This document shows positions 11,353 through 22,474 of a stretch of 64,000 bases of DNA, one piece after another. Both the position numbers and the translations under genes were made by a program. The notes beneath the pieces were generated by a model, which saw only the letters and a program-made list of their open reading frames with translations, was not told where the DNA came from and searched no databases. How positions within the stretch are numbered: position 1 is the stretch's first letter; each line of letters begins with the position of its first letter. This stretch comes from Gammaproteobacteria bacterium. GTDB taxonomy: Bacteria > Pseudomonadota > Gammaproteobacteria > Eutrophobiales > Eutrophobiaceae. Where the stretch lies: the NCBI GenBank assembly GCA_965238225.1, contig OZ250183.1, forward strand, positions 768,001-832,000, given 5' to 3'.

Positions 11353-11375
11353 ATTATGTTATATTATAACATAAT
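11353..11375. promoter_or_regulatory. Zur box
   Basis: Perfect 11-1-11 palindrome ATTATGTTATA-T-TATAACATAAT matching the gammaproteobacterial Zur consensus, directly upstream of zur-znuACB. Confidence 0.9.
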
Positions 11376-11398
11376 TAATAATCTTAAAGATATAAATT

Positions 11399-11896
11399 AT
11401 GGGTAAAACTAACATAATTACGCCTTTCAAGAAGTCAAGCCATGTCCATCAGCAATGCACTGATGCAGCATTGTCCGCGGCGGAAAACACCTGCAATTTG
11501 CGTGGTGTACGACTAACCAAACTGCGTCGGAGAGTATTAGAGCTGGTTTGGGGCAATCATAAGACGGTAAAGGCTTATGATATATTAGACATTTTGCGTG
11601 ATGAACGCAGCGGTTCTGCACCACCAACCGTTTACCGAGCATTAGAATTTTTACAAGAAGAGGGCATGGTGCACAAGATTGAGTCATTAAATGCCTATAT
11701 AGGGTGCGGTGCACCAGGTAACAACCATGCGAGCCAGTTTTTAATATGCCAATCCTGTAGCGTGGTGGCCGAAATAAACGATCCTGAAATAAGAAATTTA
11801 ATTGCTGATAAGGCAGCTGATATGGGTTTTAAAATTGATAAGGAAGTTATAGAGATAAAAGGTATTTGTTTGCAGTGTAGTGATAAATCTAATTAA
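11399..11896 (+). CDS. zur: Zinc uptake regulator (Fur family)
   Basis: LTKLRRRVL, AYDIL, PPTVYRALEFL, HKIESLNAY, two CxxC motifs. Confidence 0.95.
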   Translation: MGKTNIITPFKKSSHVHQQCTDAALSAAENTCNLRGVRLTKLRRRVLELVWGNHKTVKAYDILDILRDERSGSAPPTVYRALEFLQEEGMVHKIESLNAYIGCGAPGNNHASQFLICQSCSVVAEINDPEIRNLIADKAADMGFKIDKEVIEIKGICLQCSDKSN

Positions 11897-11905
11897 ATTC
11901 TTACA

Positions 11906-12766
11906 ATGTCTGAAAAAATATTTTTTGTTGCATTATTTGTATGTCAATTTTTACAATATTGTTATGCCAATGATTCATATGCGAATAATGTTTTTGTCAG
12001 CATTTTACCTCAGAAATATTTTGTTGAAAGAATTGCTGGCGAACACGTAGGCGTTTCAGTGATGGTAAGGAAAGGACAAAGTCCTGAGACATATGAGCCT
12101 ACTCCTAAGCAGATGACACTGCTTGGTAAGTCACAATTATATTTCCAGATTGGTATTCCATTTGAAAGCATCTGGATTAATGCAATTAGTGAGCTAAATT
12201 CTGATCTAAAAATAATAGAGTGCTGCACAGAATTAAACACAAAACATAACAAAGAAAATATTTCTGTTTTTGAAAAAAATATGATTGATCCGCATATTTG
12301 GACAAGCCCTGCTAATGTAAAATATATTGCATTAAAGATTAAAAATGCGTTAATTGATAATTATCCTATTCATAAAAAAGAATTTGAGTTTAATTATCAC
12401 GGATTAATCAAAGATCTAGATAAACTTGATCAGGATATTGAATCAAGTTTAGCGCAACTTAATAATCGTTACATTATTGTGTCTCATCCTGCTTTTGGAC
12501 ACTACGCCGAGGCATATAATTTAATTCAATTGTCAATTGAAACAGAAGGCAAAGAGGTTCGCACAAAATCTTTGACAAACTTAATTAAATTTGCAAAATC
12601 AAAAAATATAAAAAAAGTTTTTTCACAAAAACAATTTAATAAAAATTATGCAGAGATTCTTGCTAGAGAAATTTCTGCTTATGTTGTCGATCTTGATCCT
12701 CTGGCTGAAGATTATATTGCCAATCTTTATTATATAACTAATGCTATTTCTGACAGGAAGGATTAA
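11906..12766 (+). CDS. znuA: Zn ABC transporter periplasmic binding protein
   Basis: SILPQKYFVERI, DPHIWTSP, HPAFGHY, LDPL. Confidence 0.88.
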   Translation: MSEKIFFVALFVCQFLQYCYANDSYANNVFVSILPQKYFVERIAGEHVGVSVMVRKGQSPETYEPTPKQMTLLGKSQLYFQIGIPFESIWINAISELNSDLKIIECCTELNTKHNKENISVFEKNMIDPHIWTSPANVKYIALKIKNALIDNYPIHKKEFEFNYHGLIKDLDKLDQDIESSLAQLNNRYIIVSHPAFGHYAEAYNLIQLSIETEGKEVRTKSLTNLIKFAKSKNIKKVFSQKQFNKNYAEILAREISAYVVDLDPLAEDYIANLYYITNAISDRKD

Positions 12767-12768
12767 GA

Positions 12769-13494
12769 ATGAATACTATTATTAGTCTTGATAATGTAAG
12801 TTTTTCATACACCAGCATTCCTGTTGTATGTGATGTCACTCTTGATATTAGTGAGAGTGAATTTCTAGGAGTGATTGGCCCCAACGCTGGCGGTAAAAGT
12901 ACCTTGCTTAAATTGATACTTGGCTTACTTCAACCAGATAAGGGAAGTATAAAAGTATTTGGGGAAAGTCCAAGCAGAGGACGTTTCAGGATTGGTTATG
13001 TTCCACAGTTTCCTGAATTCTTGAGAGATTTTCCGATTAATGTTCATGATGCTGTGCTTTTAGGATGCCTTGGAAAAACCCGCTGGTATGGAGGGTATAC
13101 ACAAGAAGATAAGGAGATTGCTATGAGCTCTCTTAGGGCAGTTGAGATTGATAATATCAGCAATAAAACTATTGATTCACTTTCAGGAGGGCAGTTACAG
13201 AGAGTATTAATTGCTCGGGCACTTGCATCTAAGCCAGATGTTTTAATCCTTGATGAACCCACTGCAAACATTGATCTTCTGTCTGAAGAAAATATTTTTT
13301 CTTTATTAAAACAATATAATAAGCATATGACAATTATTGTTGTGTCTCATGATATTGGATTTATTTCAGGATACGTTGACCGTGTGGCGTGTTTAAATCA
13401 AACCATGCTTTGTCATACAACGAGCGATATTAGCGGAAAAACTATTGAAGAACTATATGGTGTGCCTATGAAAATGATTCAACATGCACATTAA
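12769..13494 (+). CDS. znuC: Zn ABC transporter ATPase
   Basis: GPNAGGKS, LSGGQLQR, LDEP, VSHD. Confidence 0.9.
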   Translation: MNTIISLDNVSFSYTSIPVVCDVTLDISESEFLGVIGPNAGGKSTLLKLILGLLQPDKGSIKVFGESPSRGRFRIGYVPQFPEFLRDFPINVHDAVLLGCLGKTRWYGGYTQEDKEIAMSSLRAVEIDNISNKTIDSLSGGQLQRVLIARALASKPDVLILDEPTANIDLLSEENIFSLLKQYNKHMTIIVVSHDIGFISGYVDRVACLNQTMLCHTTSDISGKTIEELYGVPMKMIQHAH

Positions 13495-13509
13495 CAACAA
13501 TACTACATT

Positions 13510-14334
13510 ATGACTGAATTATTTTTCTCATTAATGAATTACAGTTTCATGCAGCATGCCTTTATTGCCTGCATACTTTCTAGTATTAGCTGTGGAATTA
13601 TTGGTACTTATGTTGTTGTTAAACGTATTGGTTTCCTCGCAGGGGGGATTGCACATACCGTTCTAGCAGGAGTGGGTATCGCTTATTTTATGGAAGGTTC
13701 GCCTTTAATTGGCGCAGTTAGCGCAGCTTTATTTGCCGCTGTATTTATGAGCTTTGCCAAGCTACGTTGGAAGCAACAGGAAAATATTCTTATCGCAGCT
13801 TTCTGGTCTGTAGGAATGGCTGTAGGTATTTTATTTATTTCAAGAACCCCAGGTTATAGCGTTGATCTTATGAATTATTTATTTGGAAATATACTGTTGG
13901 TGTCAAAAGCAGACCTGATATTGATGGCTATGTTGGATATTACTATCATCTGCGTTAGTTTTTTATTTTACAAACAATTTATGGCAGTGATTTTTGATGA
14001 AGAATTTGCACGTCTTCGCGGGGTAAAGATTGAAATCTACTACACCATGCTAATGTGCATGGTGTCACTAACAATAGTATTAATGATTCAGATTGTTGGG
14101 CTTATTCTAGTGATTGCTTTACTGATATTCCCGGCAGCCTGTGCCGCACAATTTTTTCATTCTTTATTCAAAATGATGTTAGCCGCAACAATATTTTGCA
14201 TACTGATAACGCTAAATGGTTTAAGTATTTCCTACCAACTGGATTTACCATCAGGCGCTACGATTATTGTTGTGGCTGCGTTCGTTTATTTGATTTCTAT
14301 AATAACAAGCGCGTTTATTAAACGCAGCAAGTAA
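13510..14334 (+). CDS. znuB: Zn ABC transporter permease
   Basis: GIAHTVLAG, YLFGNIL, DEEFA, DLPSGATI. Confidence 0.9.
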   Translation: MTELFFSLMNYSFMQHAFIACILSSISCGIIGTYVVVKRIGFLAGGIAHTVLAGVGIAYFMEGSPLIGAVSAALFAAVFMSFAKLRWKQQENILIAAFWSVGMAVGILFISRTPGYSVDLMNYLFGNILLVSKADLILMAMLDITIICVSFLFYKQFMAVIFDEEFARLRGVKIEIYYTMLMCMVSLTIVLMIQIVGLILVIALLIFPAACAAQFFHSLFKMMLAATIFCILITLNGLSISYQLDLPSGATIIVVAAFVYLISIITSAFIKRSK

Positions 14335-14348
14335 AAGGCACACACCTG

Positions 14349-15401
14349 CTAGGATCGTCTTTTTTGCACCGCTCGCGCAAGGCTTGCAATGAGTGTTGCT
14401 GAATCATCCCAACCAAGACAGGCATCAGTAATACTTTGACCATAGACAAGCTCTTGATTTTCGACAATAGCCTGATTGCCTGCGATAAGATGGCTTTCAA
14501 TCATGACACCAAAGATACGTTTTTCACCAGCGGCAATTTGATTGACTATATCCGCACCAACTTTCATTTGTAACTCATGTTTTTTGTTACTGTTAGCGTG
14601 ACTAAAATCAATCATGATATTGTTTGATAAACCTGCGCTCTCAAGTTCTGCAGAAACCCTGTCGATATTGGTAGTATCATAATTTGGAGACTTACCCCCA
14701 CGCAGAATAATATGGCAATCAGGATTGCCAGTGGTTGAGAATATTCCTGAATTACCTTCTTTTCTTAAGGATAGGAAATGGTGCGGCTTTGTTGCAGCGC
14801 CAATTGCATCAACAGCCACTTTTGTTGTGCCGTCAGTACCATTTTTAAATCCTACAGGACACGAAAGACCAGAAGCCAGCTCTCGATGCACCTGACTTTC
14901 TGTTGTTCTCGCCCCAATAGCGCCCCAACTGATTAAATCAGCGACGTATTGAGGTGTGATGAGATCAAGATATTCTGTTGCACAGGCAACACCTGCATCA
15001 TTTAAGTCATATAAAAGTTTTCTGGCAAGCCGTAATCCATGGTTAATCTCAAAGCTATCATCGAGCTTTGGATCGTTAATTAACCCTTTCCAGCCAACGG
15101 TTGTTCTTGGTTTTTCAAAATAAACACGCATGACGATTAAAAGGTCTTTAGAATATTTATCAATCAAAGATTTTAATCTTGAGGCATATTCTTCTGCCGA
15201 TTTTATATCATGGATAGAACAAGGCCCCATGATTACAACCAGACGATCATCATCCCCAGATAATACATCATGAATTTCTTGTCGGGCTTTGCAGGTTGTT
15301 TCTGCAGCATTTTTTGAAACGGGAATTTCTTCCAAGAGCACAGCAGGCGGCGACAGAGTTTTTATTGAATTGATGCGAAGATCATCTGTTTGATAGCTCA
15401 T
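14349..15401 (-). CDS. aroG: Class I DAHP synthase (AroG/F/H type)
   Basis: GPCSIHD, RVYFEKPRTTVGWKG, IGARTTESQ, SITDAC. Confidence 0.95.
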   Translation of the reverse strand: MSYQTDDLRINSIKTLSPPAVLLEEIPVSKNAAETTCKARQEIHDVLSGDDDRLVVIMGPCSIHDIKSAEEYASRLKSLIDKYSKDLLIVMRVYFEKPRTTVGWKGLINDPKLDDSFEINHGLRLARKLLYDLNDAGVACATEYLDLITPQYVADLISWGAIGARTTESQVHRELASGLSCPVGFKNGTDGTTKVAVDAIGAATKPHHFLSLRKEGNSGIFSTTGNPDCHIILRGGKSPNYDTTNIDRVSAELESAGLSNNIMIDFSHANSNKKHELQMKVGADIVNQIAAGEKRIFGVMIESHLIAGNQAIVENQELVYGQSITDACLGWDDSATLIASLARAVQKRRS

Positions 15402-15458
15402 TTTTATAATTTACTTTAATTTTTTAAAAATGTTAATTGTTGAACACGAATTTTTTAC

Positions 15459-15803
<345 letters not shown>

Positions 15804-16006
15804 TTATCTCATCGTGGTTACCAGAGAACTGGAGATTATAGGCGTTTTGTTGTGAGTAATAAATATAATTCTTTAGGTAATGTGCAAGCCAAGGTAATGA
15901 CTGGTAAGATTAAAACACACAGATCTTGTGCAAATTATTAAAGAATAAAAAATGTTAATAAACTGGAGGTAAAGGTGCTAAAACTTGCCATGCGTTTAAA
16001 GAATTA

Positions 16007-17931
16007 TTGCCACGTTTATGCAGGCAAAGGTTTATGCAGGCAAAGGAGAATATATTGGATGATCCTAATGCACATGTAGAAGAATTCCTTCAATATTATT
16101 ATAAACTGGAGTCAGCGCCAGAATATGCTGTTCTCATTAAAGGGGCATGGGGCTCTGGGAAATCGTGGTTTATAAACAAATCATTAGGCAAATATAAAGA
16201 AAATAACGGTAAATATTTATATGTGAGTTTATATGGCATTACTTCCTATGAAGAAATTGAATATGCTTTTTTCAAACAGTTGCATCCAGCGTTATCTTCA
16301 AAAGAAGTGATTTTCACTGGGAAAATCTTAACAGAACTTCTAAAAATTCAAAAATTTGATACATCTGACTTTCTAAGTTTTTGTACTAAAATAAAAGAAC
16401 ACATAATAATATTTGATGATCTAGAGCGTTGTTCAATCGAGATTGATAAGATCCTCGGTTATATTAACAATCTTGTTGAGCACAAAGAATGTAAAGTAGT
16501 AATCATTGCTAATGAAAAAGAAATACTTCAACGTAATAGCAACGGTACGGATAGTTGTAGATCATATAAAACAATTAAAGAAAAACTGATTGGTAAAACA
16601 TTCAATATAGAGCCAAATTTAGATAGTGCATTAGGAGTATTTATTTCTAAAATAGAAAATCACGCTGTAAAAGAATTATATGAAAGAAATATTAAAAAAA
16701 TTACTGAGTGTTTTCATCAATCAACATATGAAAATCTAAGACATTTAAAGCAAACATTATCGGATTTTGAATATTTCTTTAAGGAAATCCCAGACCAAGC
16801 AAAGTCGGAAGACGATCTTTTACTTCAATTTATTTTGCTATTTTTTGCATATTCGTTTGAAATAAAAAAAGGCAATATATTACCGTCTGAATTGGAACGG
16901 ATTATGAGCCTTGGTTCTAGCCTCCTAGAAATGAATCTGAGGAGGGAAAAAACAAAAATTCAAAATTAAAATTAAAATACGAAAAGATACGTGAAAAGTA
17001 CAGTGGCCTAGTATATTTTTATGATCATATTATTAATATTGACTTATGGATAGAATTCTTTGATAAAGGAAAAATCAATAAAGAAAAATTAGAACGCTCT
17101 ATATCAGACAGTAGTTATTTTAAAAGGCAAGAGCCTTGGAGGCATCTATGGTATTCTGATCAAGAATTACCCAGTCTATCAGATGATGATTTTAAACGAT
17201 GTCTCTCTAGTGTTGAGGAAGATTGCGCAAAGCGTCATTATAAAGAGATAGGGATAATTAAGCATATCGTAGGACTTTTTTTGTTTTTCTCATATAATTA
17301 TTTATATAAAAAGGATAAAGAAGAAATTTTATCTGATGCAAAATTATACATTGATACTTTAGAAAAAAATATATTAGTGAAAGAGTTTCACAACCAAAAA
17401 TCGCAAGTCCTTAGAGACAGTCACGCTGGTCTTCATTTTCGTGGTTTATCGCCAGAGATTAAAGAATTCAAAGAGTTTCTTACTTATACAGATAAAAAAA
17501 TTAATGAAGCTTGGATTGAGAATGATCAAAATATAGTTAAAGAATTACTAGGTTATTTAGACAGTGATACTGAAAAATTCTACAATTTACTAGTCCCTAC
17601 AGGTAAGGATAATCACACTTATCATGATATCCCTGTACTAAAGAATATAGATACAAAAATATTCTGTGAAAAGATTGCATCACCACTCTCACCAAGACAA
17701 ATATATTTAGTCAGTAAAGTATTTAAAGAACGTTATACACAGCATAACTTAAAAGAAGAAAAAGAATGGCTTATAGAATTAAAAGAACAATTTGAGATAC
17801 AAATAGAGGCACAAATAAAAGAAAGTGATTATAAACTCAGTTCACATGTGATAAGGACACATTTAGTTGATAGTTTGTCTTGTGCCATCGAAAATTTAGG
17901 AGAAGCATCAGACCCAAACAGCACAGAGTAG
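16007..17931 (+). pseudogene. KAP-family P-loop NTPase, split by one frameshift (~16900-16969)
   Basis: Walker A GAWGSGKS, YVSLYG, Walker B IIFDDLER, IIANE, KEKLIGKT, NLR. The frame of ORF 17281..17931 is open from 16921, overlapping the end of the first ORF; the joined product would be ~630 aa. Probable true start ATG 16034. Confidence 0.75.
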
Positions 17932-18029
17932 GAAATCTTAGAAAAATTAAGGATTACAGAAAAAAGAATATGTACAATTATTGGTTTAAATAGTGCGCCT
18001 AGATACAAACAAACTCCCGCCTGCAAGGC

Positions 18030-19427
18030 TTACAAACTTCTAACCGTATTGGCGGAAGGTCTCATGCCTTTGAAGTCACTTTGTTTCGTTGATGGTTTGC
18101 TTAGTGTAAAGACATTTTTGTCTATTTGCCGTCGCATTGTGATATCGACATAGGTGGTTTCATTAGGTGCCAAGATTTTACTGACAGGAAAGCCCTGCGA
18201 GTGAAATTCACCGGCGCAATAATATGAAAAACCCTTGTCGGGTCTCACTACAACTCTAAGGCCAAATAATCCATCTTCAATATTACGCATCTTGGCGGCA
18301 TTAAAATAATAGACAAGATTACTGGTTTTTGCGTTTATTTGTCTATCCTGCAAAAAACCATCTGGTAGTTTGGATGGGCTATAGTTTTTGCCGCCTAAAA
18401 GAAAAATGTCGAAGTTATCCCTTTCGATATTATTGCCTTCATCATCATGAATATCAAGTATCAACATTCCGTATTTATCGATGCCGCTTTGTTCTGATTC
18501 TGATAATTCCTCTAGTTCCTTTATTCTGGTACGGTAATTTTTTTGCGTTTTTACTTTTAAACATTTAAGAATTTGTTCGACAATTTGTTCATCATTAGCA
18601 TTTCTTGTCGTGATGCTTTGCATGATGCCCATCTTTTTACCAGAGTGACTATAATTTTTAAATATTCCGATTGGAGTAACTTTAGGTCTGCGGATAATAG
18701 CATTGCTCGTAGGTTTTAGAGCATAGATTTTTGGATTCTTCTTTAGTAACTCGTTTGTTTGCGAAAGTTCTAGATAACAATAATTCATATTGGCACCAGC
18801 AACACGCACAATTCCATCTGAACCAGGCTCTACCAGATAATTATTTAAAAAATCATAGAATTTATTGTCTATCCCTTCGCCAGTAAGCACAAAAGGGAAA
18901 AAATCATTCGCAGCACTATCGTAGTGAATAAATCTCTCGTTAAGCGCCAGTTGCTCACTGCTTCCAAGTGATAGCCAGTCTAATATTTTTTGGCCGGGTT
19001 CAATCCCTTGGCACCACGACTTTATTCTACTGAGGCGTTGTTTCCCAAGAACAGCAAGTGACGAACCGTGATTAGCCGGGGCAAGCATCACAAGATGTTT
19101 CAGTGGAAGCTCTTTAAGTTTGTGAGCGCCGTAGAATCTATCTACCCATTCGCGAACAACAGGACCACCAGTCGAGTGGGTGATATACGAAAATTCTTGA
19201 ATGCCTGATTTATTTTCAGGTAAATCACGCAGAGCACTATCCATTGCCTTGGCTATATCATCAACCTTAACTTCATCATGAAAGCTGATGTATCGCGCAA
19301 GATCAATATGGCTAATTTGTATATCAAGGTGATGTTTGGCAGCACATGTTGTTAAGGCTTTTGGAAGTTCGCTATAAGTATTGGTGTTGGTAACACACCA
19401 ACCATGAACAAAAATTATTTTCATCAA
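18030..19427 (-). CDS. Alpha/beta-hydrolase (putative phospholipase/lipase)
   Basis: FVHGW oxyanion motif, nucleophile elbow THSTGG, LAPANHGS, SDGIV, SHSG. Confidence 0.8.
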   Translation of the reverse strand: MMKIIFVHGWCVTNTNTYSELPKALTTCAAKHHLDIQISHIDLARYISFHDEVKVDDIAKAMDSALRDLPENKSGIQEFSYITHSTGGPVVREWVDRFYGAHKLKELPLKHLVMLAPANHGSSLAVLGKQRLSRIKSWCQGIEPGQKILDWLSLGSSEQLALNERFIHYDSAANDFFPFVLTGEGIDNKFYDFLNNYLVEPGSDGIVRVAGANMNYCYLELSQTNELLKKNPKIYALKPTSNAIIRRPKVTPIGIFKNYSHSGKKMGIMQSITTRNANDEQIVEQILKCLKVKTQKNYRTRIKELEELSESEQSGIDKYGMLILDIHDDEGNNIERDNFDIFLLGGKNYSPSKLPDGFLQDRQINAKTSNLVYYFNAAKMRNIEDGLFGLRVVVRPDKGFSYYCAGEFHSQGFPVSKILAPNETTYVDITMRRQIDKNVFTLSKPSTKQSDFKGMRPSANTVRSL

Positions 19428-19591
19428 GCTTTCCTACGAAATTAGATTAGAAATTTTCTTAGACGATACTATAACCCTTACTTGTCCAAGGATACCAACC
19501 GTTTTTTTAAGTTAGGCAAAACTTTCATTAGGCTTAAATCTTATGAGTCTATAGAGCTTTAATAAAACCTGAGCCTTTTTATTTTATAATA

Positions 19592-19619
19592 ATAACCCTT
19601 CCTTTTCAGGAAGGGTTAT
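19592..19619 (-). terminator. Hairpin terminator downstream of the cpxP-like gene
   Basis: ATAACCCTTCCT-TTTC-AGGAAGGGTTAT 12-bp stem. Confidence 0.65.
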
Positions 19620-19644
19620 AAATTTGCTTTTATGATAGTAGATA

Positions 19645-20076
19645 TTATTTTTTTTCTTGCATTTTTTTGTGATGGCGTTCGTCCATTTTCCCCATTATTT
19701 CTTTTGCCTTTACACGTTGTTCCGGCGTTAGGATTGCATGAATTTTTGCTCGAGTCTGCCCCTGCCTTATGATATCTTCCTTAATTAATACAGATTTCTC
19801 TTCGGCAAAAATTTCTAATTGTTGCTCGTAATTACTGTCGTCAGGGTTTAATTGCATCAAGCCTTTTTTTATCTGCTTTTTAATATGATGCCTTTTTTCC
19901 TTTTGATTACGAGTGAGCGCTTTAATCTCTTTTTGCTGCTTATCAGTCAAGTCAAGATGCTTCGCCATCATAACGTGAAAACCCTCTCGGTTTTTTTTAT
20001 GATGCCCGTCTTCTAATGCCAATGCTCCGACACCGACACTCATAATTAAAATGCCCATTAGTATGTATATTTTCAT
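19645..20076 (-). CDS. Spy/CpxP family periplasmic chaperone
   Basis: Signal peptide, two LTxxQ motifs (LDLTDKQQ, ILTPEQR), divergent from cpxRA-like pair. Confidence 0.9.
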   Translation of the reverse strand: MKIYILMGILIMSVGVGALALEDGHHKKNREGFHVMMAKHLDLTDKQQKEIKALTRNQKEKRHHIKKQIKKGLMQLNPDDSNYEQQLEIFAEEKSVLIKEDIIRQGQTRAKIHAILTPEQRVKAKEIMGKMDERHHKKMQEKK

Positions 20077-20126
20077 TTTAAATCTCCTCTTGGTTGATTT
20101 TCATATTTAGTATGAGCGATAGCAAT

Positions 20127-20161
20127 GTAAAGTTGGGTTCAGTTAAGTAAAGTTTGGTAAA
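20127..20161. promoter_or_regulatory. CpxR-type binding boxes
   Basis: GTAAA-N5-GTTCA-N5-GTAAA-N5-GTAAA with 10-bp period; perfect GTAAA-N5-GTAAA at 20147-20161 in the cpxP/cpxR divergent promoter. Confidence 0.75.
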
Positions 20162-20202
20162 GAGATGTGTAAATACAGTGTAACATTCGCTACGCTTAGG
20201 GT

Positions 20203-20913
20203 ATGAATAATTCGCAAAACCAAATATTGCTGGTAGATGATGATAAAACTCTGGTTAGTCTTCTGTCTCAATACCTTGAGCGGGAGAACTTCACTGTCTG
20301 CGCTGTGCATAATGGGCAGGCAGCGGTTGACCTAGTGCAGCACAACGAGCAGTTTTGTGTGATTGTGTTGGATATTATGATGCCCAAACTTAATGGCTTG
20401 GAGGTGCTACAGATACTGCGCCAGCGGGTGAATACGCCAATTTTAATGCTAACAGGGCGTGGCGATGAGCTTGATCGTATTATTGGCTTAGAGATGGGCG
20501 CCGATGATTACCTAGAAAAACCCTGCAACCCTCGCGAGCTTCTAGCACGCATACGCGCTGTATTAAGACGTTCGCGGCTGCAAAGCCCAACACCTGAAAA
20601 TCATTCAGAGCCGATTGTGTTACATGATCTGACTTTAGACATAAACAAACGTGAATTTTTTTATAAAGAAACCCTAGTAAAGCTAACGGGCGCTGAATTT
20701 AATGTGCTTTCCTTGTTAATGCAGGCGGCGGGCAGGGCAATAAGTAAGCAGGATTTGACGCGCCAGGTTCTGCATCGCGAGATGACTGCCTATGATCGCA
20801 GTATTGATGTGCATGTTAGTCGGTTGCGTAAGAAGTTAGAGATTGCCAGTGGGCAAGAAAAAATTGACTATATCAAAACCATTCGCGGAGAAGGCTATCA
20901 ATTTATTCACTAA
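20203..20913 (+). CDS. cpxR: OmpR-family response regulator, CpxR-like
   Basis: LLVDDD, LDIMMP, GADDYLEKP, DRSIDVHVSRLRKKL; context with cpxP. Confidence 0.8.
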   Translation: MNNSQNQILLVDDDKTLVSLLSQYLERENFTVCAVHNGQAAVDLVQHNEQFCVIVLDIMMPKLNGLEVLQILRQRVNTPILMLTGRGDELDRIIGLEMGADDYLEKPCNPRELLARIRAVLRRSRLQSPTPENHSEPIVLHDLTLDINKREFFYKETLVKLTGAEFNVLSLLMQAAGRAISKQDLTRQVLHREMTAYDRSIDVHVSRLRKKLEIASGQEKIDYIKTIRGEGYQFIH

Positions 20914-20954
20914 TAAAGTTTTGCTTAAAGTATTTACCTGCTTTTGATTAGGGA

Positions 20955-22250
20955 TTGGTAAAAAAGATGAAAACCATTTTTAATAAGAGCAGCTTGTTCT
21001 GGAAGATATTTTTGGCTTTTTGGTTAGCTAATTTTTTAGTCATAGCCGCAACAACTTATTTTACCTTGCATGCCCGTCAAAGTAATGAAGCGCGTCAACA
21101 TAAAGAGGAAATTGTTGAACTTATCGGACGACATTCCATTGCCCAATGGGAGTCAAACAAGTCTTTGCGAATACCTGGAAGATTAAAACGTCACGGCATA
21201 AGAATTGATGACAGCGAAGGAAATATTATTTTTAACAACATAACTGGCGCTGTTACTAAACGCCATGCTGTATTTAATTTCCGCAGTGACAGTAACAGGG
21301 ATTATAAGATATATCTGCCACACCATAAGCCCCCAAAATTTCTCAAAAGACATTTCAAAAAGATGTTGATATTTAGATTGTTCTTGATCTTTATCGCATC
21401 AGGGATTGTTAGTTATATTCTTGGCAGAATGATTACCGCACCGATGAAACGTTTAGGGCAGCAGACGCAATCGGTAAGTAATGGGCAGATTGATAGTGTT
21501 ATAGAAGCATCGTTACTGAATCGAAAAGATGAAATTGGTGAGTTGGCTAGGGATTTTGATGGCAGCCTGCGCAATATCTCGGTACTGATAGATTCCAAAC
21601 AGACATTACTGCACGATGTCTCGCACGAGTTGCGTGCACCGCTTGCCCGCTTAATGGCGGCCATTGGTCTATTAGAACAGACCAAGTCTAAAACTAACGA
21701 CAGCACTGCCTCATTAATGCTTAAGCGCATAGAAGCTGAATGTAACAACATGAATATTCTAATAGATCAGATATTACACCTTTCTCGGTTTGAAAGTACC
21801 GAGCCACAAAAGAGTCATATTGATATCGTGACCTTACTTGGCAATTGCATTAAAGATACGCAGTTTGAATATAAACATCATCCGATTTCATTAAATAGCG
21901 AAAGCGCATCGGTAATGATGAATGCTGACACAAATATGTTGACGACAGCATTTAATAATATTTTACGCAATGGCTGTCAGCATACGCCAGTTGGCACCAC
22001 AATAGACATTGATATTCAGCAACAGGGAAGTTCAGTAGTGATTCACATTCAAGATAATGGCGATGGTCTGCCACAACAGGATATTGACAATATATTTAAA
22101 CCTTTTTCTCGTATGCATGATTCTGGGTCAAATTTTGGCTTGGGGCTTAATATCACTCAAAGAGTGATAGAAAAACATCACGGTTCAATCACTGCTGCGA
22201 GCAGGGAAGGGCGCGGTTTAATTCTTATTATTACCTTGCCTAATCAATAA
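20955..22250 (+). CDS. cpxA: HAMP sensor histidine kinase, CpxA-like
   Basis: LFWKIFLAFW TM, HAMP RKDEIGELA, H-box DVSHELRAPL, N/G boxes. Confidence 0.75.
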   Translation: MVKKMKTIFNKSSLFWKIFLAFWLANFLVIAATTYFTLHARQSNEARQHKEEIVELIGRHSIAQWESNKSLRIPGRLKRHGIRIDDSEGNIIFNNITGAVTKRHAVFNFRSDSNRDYKIYLPHHKPPKFLKRHFKKMLIFRLFLIFIASGIVSYILGRMITAPMKRLGQQTQSVSNGQIDSVIEASLLNRKDEIGELARDFDGSLRNISVLIDSKQTLLHDVSHELRAPLARLMAAIGLLEQTKSKTNDSTASLMLKRIEAECNNMNILIDQILHLSRFESTEPQKSHIDIVTLLGNCIKDTQFEYKHHPISLNSESASVMMNADTNMLTTAFNNILRNGCQHTPVGTTIDIDIQQQGSSVVIHIQDNGDGLPQQDIDNIFKPFSRMHDSGSNFGLGLNITQRVIEKHHGSITAASREGRGLILIITLPNQ

Positions 22251-22367
22251 AAGATTATTGCTATCAACATCAAGAATTAAATTAAGTCAACGCGTATAAG
22301 TATACGGATATTTGAGCAATTGCTGTTGTTTCTTTGCGCTATTAATATATTTGAAATGTTTGTAGAA

Positions 22368-22444
22368 TGGTGGGCCCGGGAGGACTTGAACCTCCGACCA
22401 ATGGATTATGAGTCCACTGCTCTAACCAACTGAGCTACAGGCCC
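22368..22444 (-). tRNA. tRNA-Ile2 (CAT anticodon, lysidine-modified)
   Basis: Reverse complement GGGCCTG..GTGGA-CTCATAA-TCCAT..CGGGCCC-A-CCA; position downstream of rpoD as for ileX. Confidence 0.88.
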
Positions 22445-22474
22445 GAATAGGAAAGTTGATTAAACAAGGATTTA

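Noticed and set aside
15900-22367. Integrative island at the tRNA-Ile2 3' end
   Set aside because: No integrase and no duplicated tRNA 3' end found by eye
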